A DNA stretch of 64,000 nt from an uncultured Desulfobacteraceae bacterium (GCA_964459445.1 CAYWMP010000004.1:14469-78468); one strand, 5' to 3'; positions 20,509-30,505 are shown, counted from the first letter of the stretch. Notes: generated from the sequence alone by a model not told the origin. Numbers and translations: made by a program.

Positions 20509-21360
20509 CTATTGATCAAAGGTTTCAAACTCCTTGAATTCCCTTTCAAGAGCACTTAGGACAGGCAACGCAGTCTCCTTTTCGCGGAATGCAATGGCTG
20601 TGATCAAGGCGTTCAGCAAACTCATTGGGGCCGTGTATGATTCAAAGTAGGCCGGGATTTGAGTCTCTGCGACTAAAAGTAGGTCGCTCAATTGAGCAAT
20701 TGGCGAGAGCTCGCTATTCGTGATGCCGAGGATAAATGCTCCTTTTCGTTTCACCTTCTCGGTGATTCTAACCGTCTCATGGGTATAACGCTTGAAACTG
20801 ATGGCCACCAAAACATCTTCTGATCCGATGTCCCGTAATTGCTCCGGGGTGTCACCGATTCCCAAATCCACAAGACGTACGGAACTCAGAAAGAACCGGA
20901 GATCAAAGGCAAGGTAAAAGGCCAAGGCATAGCTGGAACGCAAACCCAAAACATAGATGGTTTTTGCGGAACAGAGCTTTTCAACAGAATGCCCGAATGA
21001 TTCCTCAGAGACCTGCGAGCTCAAGGCCCCAATGTTTTCAACGTCACCTTTCAGAATATCGGTGAATAGAGAGGAGCGGTCCTCCATGGCCTTCGATGAT
21101 TCCTCAAGTCGGGTGGCAGTTGAAAAATCTTCGAGGATTTTTTCACCTATGGTTCGCTTGAATTCGGCAAAGCCTGCAAAACCAAGGCTGGTGACGAAAC
21201 GCAAAACAGTTGCAACGGAAACTTCAGCTTCCGCGGCGAGTTGTGTGGAGTTGAGGAGAATCGCCTGATTAAGGTTATGGAATAGGTATTCCGCAAGCTT
21301 TCGCTGGCGAGGCGTTAAGGAGGGGTAATTCCGGGAGATCTCTTCGAGAATGTTTCCCAT
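20509..21360 (-). CDS. RpiR/MurR-family transcriptional regulator (HTH plus SIS domain)
   Basis: LTPRQRKLAEYL..STQLAAEAEVSVATVLRF.. followed by a SIS-like region. Confidence 0.8.
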   Translation of the reverse strand: MGNILEEISRNYPSLTPRQRKLAEYLFHNLNQAILLNSTQLAAEAEVSVATVLRFVTSLGFAGFAEFKRTIGEKILEDFSTATRLEESSKAMEDRSSLFTDILKGDVENIGALSSQVSEESFGHSVEKLCSAKTIYVLGLRSSYALAFYLAFDLRFFLSSVRLVDLGIGDTPEQLRDIGSEDVLVAISFKRYTHETVRITEKVKRKGAFILGITNSELSPIAQLSDLLLVAETQIPAYFESYTAPMSLLNALITAIAFREKETALPVLSALEREFKEFETFDQ

Positions 21361-21697
21361 GGGTTATAGCGGCCGCCTTGATGAGTGTGAACATTTATAT
21401 TCAGAGGAAAACATTTTGATTATTTTTTTTCAATTCAATTATTAATCTTAATTTCAATGATTTGTCAAGCAGTTTGATTGAAGGAAGAATTTTTTTTGAC
21501 CTGTATTTGCGATCACTTATGTATTCATCTGAAATCCCTTGAATTTTGGATCATCTAACCAGGCTTGACAGATCCCTGAGCTATCAGATACTTTCCAGTC
21601 CTTATATTTGGGATTCGCTAGATACTTATATTTGCCGTGTTTTTAAGATTTGAGTCAAGTCCCTATATGTTGTAGTGTAATATGGGAATAGATACTA

Positions 21698-21806
21698 GAT
21701 GCTGGTTTCTGGATGCTGGTCGAAGATTCCGTCTTTAGCGGAGATGTCGCAAGTAACGGTTCTTTTTTTGGTTTTATCCAGTATCGAGCATCGAGCAACC
21801 AGTATC
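21698..21806. repeat. Stutter-word hairpin (gatgctgg words)
   Basis: 21698-21719 pairs with 21785-21806: 18 Watson-Crick, 1 G-U and 3 mismatches over 22 positions, with a ~65-nt loop. Confidence 0.6.
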
Positions 21807-21845
21807 GCTTCGCCTAAGCAACTGCGGTGAATACTTTTCCGCTCG

Positions 21846-21879
21846 CCCGTCCTCCGCAGTAGCTTGCTACGGAGGGTGG
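21846..21879 (+). repeat. REP-like 34-bp palindromic element, copy 1
   Basis: cccgtcctccgcagtagcttgctacggagggtgg matches 23556-23589 at 31/34 positions. Internal CCTCC..GGAGG and GTAG..CTAC stems. Confidence 0.75.
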
Positions 21880-22019
21880 GTCGGTTTTCCCGTCCCCCAA
21901 CAAACAGGTTTCGGGACAGGAAGGCGTTGCTTCGTTAATGTGTTTGTTGGGTTCCAAACCTAATAGGGGGCGAATTTCAATCTCGTCGGTCATTTAAAAA
22001 AAGCCATTTGGAGGTGAAT

Positions 22020-23498
22020 ATGGACGGTGTCGTGGGTTTGTATGGGTTGAATGACAATGAATTGGTAGATAAAGCATACCTTTCGACCGGTGCCTGTCAG
22101 CACCGGGGCAAGGCCAGCACTGGGATGGCTATCGGAAACCGAAAGGGTATCTACATTCATAAAGGGCTTGGAAGGATTGCAGAGGTCATTGACCAAAACA
22201 TCATCAAATTTTTTAAGGGATTGGAGCCGGTGGCCGTCATCGGGAATATCGGTTACACAAAGAGAAAGGTCGCAGAGAAACTCAATGCCGAACCTGTAGA
22301 GATTCACCCAAAGGGCGGCAGTCGGTACCATCTCGTGTTAGCCATGGACGGTTATCTCATTAAAGAGGATGACCTAAAGGCGGAGCTTGAAACAGAATAC
22401 AGCCTACAGACAGACAACAAGACTGAAGTGGTTGGAGCCCTGCTGCACAAGTACATTGCCGAAGAGGGCATTACCTTCGGAGCGGGAGAAAGGCTCGTTG
22501 AGAAGCTGCATGGCAGGGCTACCTTCGCCTTAACGGCTCTGGTCCACGACGGCACGGAGATCTATTTGGTTGCCTTGAACGATGATCGGGCATTTGAGCC
22601 CTTCTGCTATGCAACCATAAACGGCACGTTCATAGCCAGTTCTGAGTCCTTTTCTCACAGGCGATTGAACGGTTTTACAGAGAGGGAATATGATGGTGCA
22701 GAGATGACCATTTGTTCTCCCAAGGGATTTGAAACAAAAAGGCTAAGGGAAGAGACCATGATGCCTGACATCTTCCAGGGCGTTTATTTCGGAAATGTGG
22801 CATCCCTTTTTAGGGGGAAGGAGATATTTCAAATAAGGAGAGAGTTGGGATTGGAACTCGTGAATCTCTATGGCGGCTCAAGGGCAGACATTGTTATCCC
22901 CAACCCGGAATCAGGTTGGGGGGTCACGGTCGGGATAGCGGAAGGTTTGGAAAAACCGCTCTTCCCTGCATTGATCAAGCTGCCTCAGGCGGTAAGGACA
23001 TTTCAGGAGGGAGAGAGGGCGGTAAGATCTCAGGAGGTTGGGCTTAAATTTGGGGGCATCGATTCGTTGCTCAGAGACCGAAGTATTGCCATGGGTGATG
23101 ACAGCATTGTGAGAGGAAGCGTGAGTGAGGGCGGGTCCGTATGGGTGGTCTACAATGCAGGCGCGCGGTATATTGAATTTTGGGTGTCTTACGGACCCAT
23201 GTTTTTTCCCTCCTTTAAGGAGTGGTATCGCGGGTCCGAATGCCTCCAGGAGTTGGCGGTCCAAAGGGCATTCAAGGGGGACAATCCCTACGACAAATCC
23301 CTGGAGGAGATCAATGCCGCCGTGGCGAAACTCGTGGGTGTGGATGAAGTCAAATACAATGCGCAGGAAAAAATAAATCGAGTCGCCGGTGACGGCTCTT
23401 TTCAGGCATTGGATGCAAGTTACCCGATCGAAGAGCAATACTGGCCGGATTGGTTAAAGGAAGAAGTGGAGAAATACCATTATCATAAAAAAGGATAG
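22020..23498 (+). CDS. Amidophosphoribosyltransferase (PurF)-like protein lacking the N-terminal Cys nucleophile
   Basis: ATG 22020 follows GGAGGTG. N-terminus is MDGVVGLYG versus the PurF MCGIVG. CQHRGKASTGMA is present. The PRTase loop IAMGDDSIVRGSV is conserved. Confidence 0.65.
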   Translation: MDGVVGLYGLNDNELVDKAYLSTGACQHRGKASTGMAIGNRKGIYIHKGLGRIAEVIDQNIIKFFKGLEPVAVIGNIGYTKRKVAEKLNAEPVEIHPKGGSRYHLVLAMDGYLIKEDDLKAELETEYSLQTDNKTEVVGALLHKYIAEEGITFGAGERLVEKLHGRATFALTALVHDGTEIYLVALNDDRAFEPFCYATINGTFIASSESFSHRRLNGFTEREYDGAEMTICSPKGFETKRLREETMMPDIFQGVYFGNVASLFRGKEIFQIRRELGLELVNLYGGSRADIVIPNPESGWGVTVGIAEGLEKPLFPALIKLPQAVRTFQEGERAVRSQEVGLKFGGIDSLLRDRSIAMGDDSIVRGSVSEGGSVWVVYNAGARYIEFWVSYGPMFFPSFKEWYRGSECLQELAVQRAFKGDNPYDKSLEEINAAVAKLVGVDEVKYNAQEKINRVAGDGSFQALDASYPIEEQYWPDWLKEEVEKYHYHKKG

Positions 23499-23555
23499 AG
23501 ATCCTACGGTCCTATTCTCGTGGCCCCATCGAGCAAACAAACACAAATAGGGCGA

Positions 23556-23589
23556 CCCGTCCTCGGCAGTAGCCTGCTACGGAGGATGG
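23556..23589 (+). repeat. REP-like 34-bp palindromic element, copy 2
   Basis: cccgtcctcggcagtagcctgctacggaggatgg, in the same orientation as copy 1. Confidence 0.75.
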
Positions 23590-23851
23590 ATTTTTATACT
23601 TGGAATTTGATACATGGATTTTGGGATTTTAAATCCATATCCATGTGCTATATTGTCTGTGTCCATTGCTCCTCCAATCCGTAGCAATTCTGCAATCGGA
23701 ATATCTCGACTGGCCGCCAAGGGCTCGCGCAAGGCCAAAGCCCGTTTTCCCCGAACAAGCCGAACAATCGCAAGCTGCTGATGCAGCGGGAAAGTGCGAA
23801 CGTAACGGCGAGTTCCGTTGTGAAAACCAAATTGAGGGCCAAAATATGTAC

Positions 23852-23880
23852 CTGAAAGGCTTGACAGTAACCGGGATTAG
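23852..23880 (+). promoter_or_regulatory. Candidate sigma70 promoter upstream of the second oxidoreductase cluster
   Basis: TTGACA at 23852-23857, a 16-nt spacer, then ACTAAT. The -10 is a weak match. Confidence 0.3.
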
Positions 23881-23915
23881 GGACTAATTATGAGTGTTTT
23901 ATCTCAGGATGCATT

Positions 23916-24665
23916 TTGTCGCTTTCAGGTAAGCATAGAGCGGCAAACAACCCGGGGGGGTTTTTGGAGATTAATTTAGAAGGTCTTATAGTTATTGTCG
24001 GTAACTACGGAAGCGGTAAGACCGAGGTTTCAATCAACCTGGCCGTGAAAAGGCGCCGGGATGGATTGGAGGTGCGTGTCGCCGACCTCGATCTGGTCAA
24101 TCCCTATTTCAGAACGCGTGAGGCAAAAGACCAGCTCGCTGACCTCGGGATTGAAGTGGCGCTGCCCCCTGAAAAATACCTCCATGCCGATCTGCCCATA
24201 CTGAGCCCGATCATTTCAGGCATAATCCGGCAGCCGGGTGAACTGACCATACTCGATGTCGGCGGCGACGACGCAGGGGCAACAGTCCTCTCGGCCCTTG
24301 CGGACTCATTGGAGAACCAGCAGATCGAAATGCTTCAAGTCGTCAATCCTTTCCGGCCTTTCACCGATACGATCGATGGGTGCATTAAAATGCGGGAAAT
24401 GATTGAGCAGGCGTCAAAGCTGACCATTACCGGGATCATCGGAAATGCAAATCTCATTGATGAAACGACGACCGATGAGATCTACAGGGGGTATGATTTC
24501 GTCAAAACACTCTCGGAAAAGACAGGGTTGAGTCTTCATTTTATCACGGCAACGCCGGAGCTCTTGGCCGCCATGGATGGATCGAAGTTCGACTGTCCGG
24601 TCCTACCTATTGAGAGACAGCTCGTTCCCCCCTGGAAAAAGCCTGTGAGTTTTGGACAGGTATAA
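23916..24665 (+). CDS. P-loop NTPase of unknown function (possibly GPN-loop-like)
   Basis: IVGNYGSGKTEVSINLA (Walker A), DLDLVNPYFRTRE and ILDVGGDDAGA. Start codon is uncertain. Confidence 0.5.
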   Translation: MSLSGKHRAANNPGGFLEINLEGLIVIVGNYGSGKTEVSINLAVKRRRDGLEVRVADLDLVNPYFRTREAKDQLADLGIEVALPPEKYLHADLPILSPIISGIIRQPGELTILDVGGDDAGATVLSALADSLENQQIEMLQVVNPFRPFTDTIDGCIKMREMIEQASKLTITGIIGNANLIDETTTDEIYRGYDFVKTLSEKTGLSLHFITATPELLAAMDGSKFDCPVLPIERQLVPPWKKPVSFGQV

Positions 24666-24753
24666 ATGGGTATTAAAAGGTCACAATTTCGAAGACAAGA
24701 TCATTCGATCCTTTGAATTTTTTATTCAAAACTGATGTTAGGAGCCATCGTAA

Positions 24754-24987
24754 ATGGGATTTATACACCAGATTGATAAGGATAGATGTAAAGGTTGCGG
24801 GCTTTGTGTGGAGGTTTGCCCTAAAGACGTTCTTGAGATTTCCAATGAAGTCAATACAAAGGGATACTTTCCTGCTTATCAGGCACGTCCCGATGACTGC
24901 ATACTCTGCGCAAGGTGTTGCACCATGTGCCCTGATGTGGCCATTTCGATTACTGAAACTGCTGAAAAGAAAGCTGCGGAAGGATAG
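24754..24987 (+). CDS. 2-oxoacid:ferredoxin oxidoreductase delta subunit (2x[4Fe-4S])
   Basis: CKGCGLCVEVCP and CILCARCCTMCP. Confidence 0.8.
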   Translation: MGFIHQIDKDRCKGCGLCVEVCPKDVLEISNEVNTKGYFPAYQARPDDCILCARCCTMCPDVAISITETAEKKAAEG

Positions 24988-24996
24988 GGGGGAAAC

Positions 24997-26064
24997 ATGG
25001 GCAAGGTTTTAATGAAAGGAAACGAGGCCATTGGCGAAGCTGCAATCAGGGCCGGTTGCTTGAACTATTTTGCATATCCGATAACGCCGCAATCCGAGGT
25101 TGCGGAATACCTGGCCCACCGAATGCCCGAGGTGGGCGGTGTTTTTCTCCAGGGTGAGAGCGAGGTGGCGGTATCCTATATGATTTACGGCGCCGCGGCC
25201 GCCGGCGAAAGAGTCTTTACAACCTCATCCAGCCCGGGCATCAGCCTGATGAGCGAAGGATTCAGTTATATGGCCGGGGGCCAGTGTCCCGTTGTCATCA
25301 TCAATATCATGCGGGGCGGTCCGGGCCTGGGTGGTATTCTGCCCTCCCAGGCGGATTATGCACAGGCAACAAGGGGCATCGGCCATGGCGATTGCAGGTT
25401 GCTGGTCATGGCACCGGCCAGCGTTCAAGAGGCCGTTGAAATGGTGATGTCGGCCTTTCCCCTGTCGGAAAAATACCGCAATCCTGTCATGATACTGGGG
25501 GATGGTCTAATAGGACAGATGATGGAGCCGGTGGAGTTTCCCGAGCACCTGCAAACCGAGCCGGCTAACAAAGACGACTGGGCCACAAACGGCATGGACA
25601 CGCGAAATAGAAAAGAGCGTAATCTTGTGAGGTCGCTCTATTTGGATCCAGCGGCATTGAACGATAATAATTTGGTATTGAAAGAAAAATACGAACAAAT
25701 GAAACGAGAAGAGGTGCAGTACGAATCCTATAACATTGATTCGGATTACAAGATTTTAATCGTGAGTTACGGCACCATGAGCAGGGTTTGTAAGACCGCC
25801 ATCGACAATATGAAAGAGGAAGGCATGGAAGTCGGAATGATTAGACCTCAGTCCCTCTTTCCCTTCCCGGCCGACGGGGTAAAGGAAGCCGCTTCAAAAG
25901 GTGGATGCAAATGTGTTTTGAGCGTAGAGATGAGCATGGGACAGATGGTTGAGGACGTGGAGCGATACGTGATGGGCAGAGTCCCGGTTCACTGGTATGG
26001 GAAATGCGGTGGGGATGTCCCTACGCCGGAAGAAGTTATCGACGAAGTGAAGGCCCTGTGGTAG
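24997..26064 (+). CDS. 2-oxoacid:ferredoxin oxidoreductase alpha subunit (VorB/PorA-like)
   Basis: KGNEAIGEAAIRAG..YPITPQSEV..SSSPGISLM. Confidence 0.85.
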   Translation: MGKVLMKGNEAIGEAAIRAGCLNYFAYPITPQSEVAEYLAHRMPEVGGVFLQGESEVAVSYMIYGAAAAGERVFTTSSSPGISLMSEGFSYMAGGQCPVVIINIMRGGPGLGGILPSQADYAQATRGIGHGDCRLLVMAPASVQEAVEMVMSAFPLSEKYRNPVMILGDGLIGQMMEPVEFPEHLQTEPANKDDWATNGMDTRNRKERNLVRSLYLDPAALNDNNLVLKEKYEQMKREEVQYESYNIDSDYKILIVSYGTMSRVCKTAIDNMKEEGMEVGMIRPQSLFPFPADGVKEAASKGGCKCVLSVEMSMGQMVEDVERYVMGRVPVHWYGKCGGDVPTPEEVIDEVKALW

Positions 26065-26111
26065 AGAGTCAGAAATGGCCGCAATGCGGCATAAAATGAG
26101 GAGCATTTAAC

Positions 26112-26864
26112 ATGGCAAAAGCATTCTGTAAGCCCGAAGCCCTTTCCGATCAACATACCCATTATTGCCCCGGGTGTACCCATGGTATTATTCATCGTCT
26201 GGTTGCCGAAGTGATCGACGAAATGGGTGTTCGCGGCCGCACGGTGGGTATTGCCCCCGTGGGTTGCGCGGTCATTTGCTACAACTATTTTACCTTTGAT
26301 TTCCAGGAAGCGGCCCATGGGCGGGCCCCGGCAGTGGCAACAGGGGTGAAACGAGTCCGCCCGGATCTCATCGTATTCACCTACCAAGGGGACGGCGACC
26401 TGGCAAGTATCGGTATGAGCGAGATCGTTCATGCTGCAAATCGAGGCGAAAAGTTCACCACCATTTTTGTTAATAATGCGGTCTATGGCATGACGGGCGG
26501 CCAAATGGCGCCCACGACCATGCCGGAGCAACGGACGACGACCTCACCTTTCGGCAGAGATGTGGCCGATGTCGGGATGCCGATCAAAGTCGCCGAGCTC
26601 CTCGCGGCCCTTCAAACGCCGGGATACATTACGAGACAGGCGGTTTTGGCGCCCAAGTACGTTGTGAAAACCAAAAAAGCGATAAGGAGAGCCTTCAACT
26701 ATCAGTTGGAAAATCGGTGTTTTAGCATGGTTGAAGTGGTGAGTACATGCCCGACAAATTGGGGTTTGACGCCTTTGGAATCTTTAAAGTGGGCAGAGGA
26801 CAAGATGCTTCCCTACTATGAACTTGGCGACAAAAAGACCCCCGAAGAATTCGAGGAGGCATAG
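26112..26864 (+). CDS. 2-oxoacid:ferredoxin oxidoreductase beta subunit (TPP-binding)
   Basis: YCPGCTHG, GDGDLASIG and MTGGQMAPTT. Confidence 0.85.
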   Translation: MAKAFCKPEALSDQHTHYCPGCTHGIIHRLVAEVIDEMGVRGRTVGIAPVGCAVICYNYFTFDFQEAAHGRAPAVATGVKRVRPDLIVFTYQGDGDLASIGMSEIVHAANRGEKFTTIFVNNAVYGMTGGQMAPTTMPEQRTTTSPFGRDVADVGMPIKVAELLAALQTPGYITRQAVLAPKYVVKTKKAIRRAFNYQLENRCFSMVEVVSTCPTNWGLTPLESLKWAEDKMLPYYELGDKKTPEEFEEA

Positions 26865-26868
26865 GAAA

Positions 26869-27405
26869 ATGCAGTGGGAAGTCATGTTTGCTGGATTTGG
26901 GGGACAGGGAATTCTATTAAGCGGGAAAATTCTTGCCCATGCCGGTATGGAGGAAGGTTATGAAGTAGCCTGGGTTCCCTCCTACGGTCCTGAAATGAGG
27001 GGAGGGACCGCCTATTGTACGGTGGTCATCGGCGACAGGCCTATCGGCTCTCCGATCATAAAGAACCCTATGCATCTCGTGGCCTTGAACCGCCCTTCAT
27101 TGGAGAAATTTGCACCGGTCGTAAAGCAGGATGGGGTTGTGCTTATCAACAGTTCACTCATACCTGTAAAATCCGGGCGCGAGGACGTGGATGAGCTCAT
27201 CGTCCCGGTCACCGAAATTGCTAAAGATTTGGGAAACGTAAGGGCAGCCAATATCGTGGCTCTTGGTGCATTTGTTGCTCGAAGCGAGATCGTTGGTTTT
27301 GATACGTTGCGCAAGTGTGTGGAGGAGGAGTTTTCCCATAAGAAAAAAGTGTTGCCCCTGAATATGGATGCCTTGGATGAGGGGAAAAAAGCGGCCCAAA
27401 GATAA
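26869..27405 (+). CDS. 2-oxoacid:ferredoxin oxidoreductase gamma subunit
   Basis: MQWEVMFAGFGGQGILLSG..YGPEMRGGTAYCTVVIGD. ATG 26869 was chosen over the longer ORF start at 26818. Confidence 0.85.
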   Translation: MQWEVMFAGFGGQGILLSGKILAHAGMEEGYEVAWVPSYGPEMRGGTAYCTVVIGDRPIGSPIIKNPMHLVALNRPSLEKFAPVVKQDGVVLINSSLIPVKSGREDVDELIVPVTEIAKDLGNVRAANIVALGAFVARSEIVGFDTLRKCVEEEFSHKKKVLPLNMDALDEGKKAAQR

Positions 27406-27733
27406 CGTCAGCGTTTGCCTAAACCCCTTTTTAAACCGGGCGATTATTTAGTTTATTCCCTCCTGGCATAAAAGAGATCAACAGCACTTGCCCATCCCCA
27501 AAAGGGTCTGTTTGGACATCAGGGTCTTTTTTCATCTATGCCGCACCACTGCCCCTAAATGGTAAGAATTCTTTTGAAAAATAGAGAATTTCTGGTATGT
27601 TTATGTGCCTTTTTTCCGGGCATTGACCCGCCTGATTGAGTCAATATCGTCCCTCGAGTTTGATCTGAGACACATACCCAACAAAGGGATAAGGTTGAAG
27701 AATTGAAAAGCAAATATAGGCATAGGAGCAAAA

Positions 27734-30505
27734 ATGGATAACGAAAACGTCATGGTTATCGATGGCCACGAACTATCCTTTACACCCGGGGAAACCATCC
27801 TCCAGGTGGCGAAGCGGAACGGAATGGATATTCCCACCCTATGCTACATGAAGGGGGCATCGCCGACCGGAGCTTGCCGGATCTGTGTTGTGGAAGTCGA
27901 GGGCGCCAGAAATCTAGTGGCATCCTGCGTCTCACCGGCGGCAAATAAAATGGCAGTGAAAACAGAAACCTCGCGGGTGGTCCGGGCAAGGAAGGTGACC
28001 TTGGAATTGCTGCTCTCCTCTGGTCAGCACAATTGTCTAGCGCAGGATCTGGATATAGATTCCTGGACCGATTTTCAACTTAAGGCTATGACGGAAAAGG
28101 AACATCAAGACCTTTGTCCCGCCTATGGGGAGTGTACTTTGCAGGATTTGGCTATCCGTTACCAGGTCAGAGCCAAGAAATACACGCCAAAAGAGCCCCG
28201 ATATCCTCTGGAAAATGTAAATCCCCTTATTGTGCGTGATTTTTCCAGATGTGTCCTGTGCGGACGATGTGTTCAGGCCTGCAATGAAATACAGGTGAAC
28301 AACGCCATTAGTTTCGGCTATAGGGGCTCCTCTTCAAAGATCGTGGCCAGGGGTGATTTCTCTCTTAAAGACTCGGACTGCGTGTTTTGCGGCGAATGCA
28401 TTCAGGCCTGCCCCACAGGCGCACTGGTTCCAGTAACGGATTTTCAAAGCGAACAACGAGACCTGGCCAATACAAAAAAGATCCGAACCACCTGTTCCTA
28501 CTGCGGCGTGGGCTGTCAGCTCTATCTCCATGTCAGAGACGGTAGGGTCGTGAAGGCCACGGGCGTGGAGGGCCTTGGGCCCAATTTTGGAAGTCTTTGT
28601 GCAAAGGGGAGATTCGGTAACGATTTCATCCATGATCCTGAAAGGCTTACAAAACCGCTCATTAAGGAAGACGGGGAATTCCGGGAAGCCTCCTGGGATG
28701 AGGCCCTGGATCTCGTTGCCGACAGGTTGAAGGGGATAAAACAGGAGGCGGGACCGGACTCCATCGGGGTTTTATCTAGTGCACGAATAACGAATGAGGA
28801 GAATTATCTGGCGCAGAAATTTACAAGGGCGGTCATTGGAACGAATAATGTGGATCACAGTGCCCGGCTCTGTCACGCCTCGACAGCGGTCGGTCTGGCC
28901 GCAGCATTTGGTAGCGAAGCCATGACAAATCCTATCGAAGATATCGAAAAAGCCGATGTGATCCTGATCACGGGCTCAAATACGACAGAGAACCATCCCG
29001 TATTATCCTCCTATGTAAAACGTGCGGTGACCCAAAAGGGCGCAAAGCTGATCGTTGTTGATCCGAGGAGAATTCCCATAGCGAAATTTTCCGAATACTG
29101 GCTTAGACAAAATCTAGGGACCGACGTGGCTTGGATCAACGGGATGATGCATGTCATTATCAAGGAAGGTCTCTACGACAAGGCGTACGTCGAAACCCGC
29201 ACTGTGGGGTTGGATGAGATCCAAAAAGCGGTTGAGAAATTCACGCCGGAATATGTCGAGAAGATCACCGGGATTCCCCAGGATGATCTCATGGCGGCCG
29301 CACGCCTATACGCGAATGCCAAAGCCGCCTCCATTCTCTTCGCCATGGGCATAACCCAACATATTACAGGAACGGACAACGTCAAGTCCCTTGCCAATCT
29401 GGCCATGCTTTGCGGAAATGTGGGCAAGAAAGGCGGCGGCGTCAATCCCCTTCGCGGCCAGAATAACGATCAGGGCGCCTGCGATATGGGCGCTTTACCC
29501 AATGTATATACAGGCTATCAAAAGGTTGTTGATTCCGCCGTTGCAGAGCGTATGGCAAGTTCATGGGGTGTCGAGAAACTTTCTGAAGAACCCGGACTTA
29601 CCGCGACCGAGATGATGGAGCAGATCCCGAAAGGGGGCATCAAGGCCATGTACATTATCGGAGCAAATCCCATGGTCTCGGACCCCAACCTGCATCACAC
29701 AAAGGAGGCTATCGAACAGCTGGATTTCCTGGTCGTCCAGGATATATTCCTGACAGAGACGGCACGGTTGGCGGATGTGATCTTGCCGTCGGCTTCCTTT
29801 GCAGAGAAAGAAGGAACCTTTACAAATACCGAGAGGAAGGTGCAGCGCGTCCGCAAGGCGGTGGCGCCGCCCGGTGAGGCCCGGGAGGATTGGGAGATCA
29901 TCGGCGATTTGTCAAGGCGCATGGGCTATCCCGTGGAATATGGGAACAGCCGGGATATTATGAAGGAGATTGCGGAGGTGACGCCCTCCTACTGCGGGCT
30001 AAATTACGATCGATTGCAGCAGGACGGGATCCATTGGCCCTGTACGGGCACCGATCATCCCGGTACGCCCTGTCTTCATATGGATCAGTTCACCTGCGGG
30101 CTGGGCGTATTCCATGCCATTGATTATGTTCCTCCAGCGGAAGTGCCGGATGATGAATACCCCCTCTACCTTACGACCGGCCGAATCCTCTATCAGTACC
30201 ACACGGGGACCATGACCATGAAATCCGAAGGCCTCAACGCGTTGGCCCCGGAGTGCTTTATCGAGATCTCATCCCAGGATGCAGATGACTACAATATTAA
30301 GGAGAACGAACCGATAAAAATTGCTTCCCGGAGAGGAGAGATCACCGCCAAGGCCAAGATATCGACAAAGGCTGTAAAAGGTACGGTGTTCTTACCTTTT
30401 CATTACGCGGCCGCCGCCAATACTCTGACGATTTCCGCTCTCGACCCCACATCCAAAATACCCGAATTCAAGGTGTGCGCGGTTCGGATTGAAAAGGCGG
30501 CATGA
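27734..30505 (+). CDS. fdhA: Formate dehydrogenase catalytic subunit (Mo/W-bisPGD) with an N-terminal NuoG-like Fe-S module; Cys-type active site
   Basis: N-terminal [2Fe-2S] CRICVVEV, CVLCGRCVQAC, CVFCGECIQACP, CSYCGVGC, and VDHSARLCHAST (Cys codon 28871-28873 where Sec-type enzymes have U). Confidence 0.85.
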   Translation: MDNENVMVIDGHELSFTPGETILQVAKRNGMDIPTLCYMKGASPTGACRICVVEVEGARNLVASCVSPAANKMAVKTETSRVVRARKVTLELLLSSGQHNCLAQDLDIDSWTDFQLKAMTEKEHQDLCPAYGECTLQDLAIRYQVRAKKYTPKEPRYPLENVNPLIVRDFSRCVLCGRCVQACNEIQVNNAISFGYRGSSSKIVARGDFSLKDSDCVFCGECIQACPTGALVPVTDFQSEQRDLANTKKIRTTCSYCGVGCQLYLHVRDGRVVKATGVEGLGPNFGSLCAKGRFGNDFIHDPERLTKPLIKEDGEFREASWDEALDLVADRLKGIKQEAGPDSIGVLSSARITNEENYLAQKFTRAVIGTNNVDHSARLCHASTAVGLAAAFGSEAMTNPIEDIEKADVILITGSNTTENHPVLSSYVKRAVTQKGAKLIVVDPRRIPIAKFSEYWLRQNLGTDVAWINGMMHVIIKEGLYDKAYVETRTVGLDEIQKAVEKFTPEYVEKITGIPQDDLMAAARLYANAKAASILFAMGITQHITGTDNVKSLANLAMLCGNVGKKGGGVNPLRGQNNDQGACDMGALPNVYTGYQKVVDSAVAERMASSWGVEKLSEEPGLTATEMMEQIPKGGIKAMYIIGANPMVSDPNLHHTKEAIEQLDFLVVQDIFLTETARLADVILPSASFAEKEGTFTNTERKVQRVRKAVAPPGEAREDWEIIGDLSRRMGYPVEYGNSRDIMKEIAEVTPSYCGLNYDRLQQDGIHWPCTGTDHPGTPCLHMDQFTCGLGVFHAIDYVPPAEVPDDEYPLYLTTGRILYQYHTGTMTMKSEGLNALAPECFIEISSQDADDYNIKENEPIKIASRRGEITAKAKISTKAVKGTVFLPFHYAAAANTLTISALDPTSKIPEFKVCAVRIEKAA

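Noticed and set aside
23645-23887. Small ORFs (80 aa plus strand, 64 aa minus strand) in the 417-bp spacer before the P-loop gene.
   Set aside because: No RBS, odd composition, and mutual overlap on opposite strands. The region more likely holds a promoter/leader (TTGACA at 23852). A structured RNA cannot be excluded, but I recognise no known riboswitch.
27450-27475. ctggcataaaagagatc upstream of fdhA as a sigma54 promoter.
   Set aside because: It has the TGGCA half but no TTGC element at the -12 position.
28871-28873. Possible selenocysteine in the formate dehydrogenase.
   Set aside because: The active-site position in VDHSARLCHAST is a TGT Cys codon and the 923-aa ORF is uninterrupted, so this is a Cys-type enzyme.
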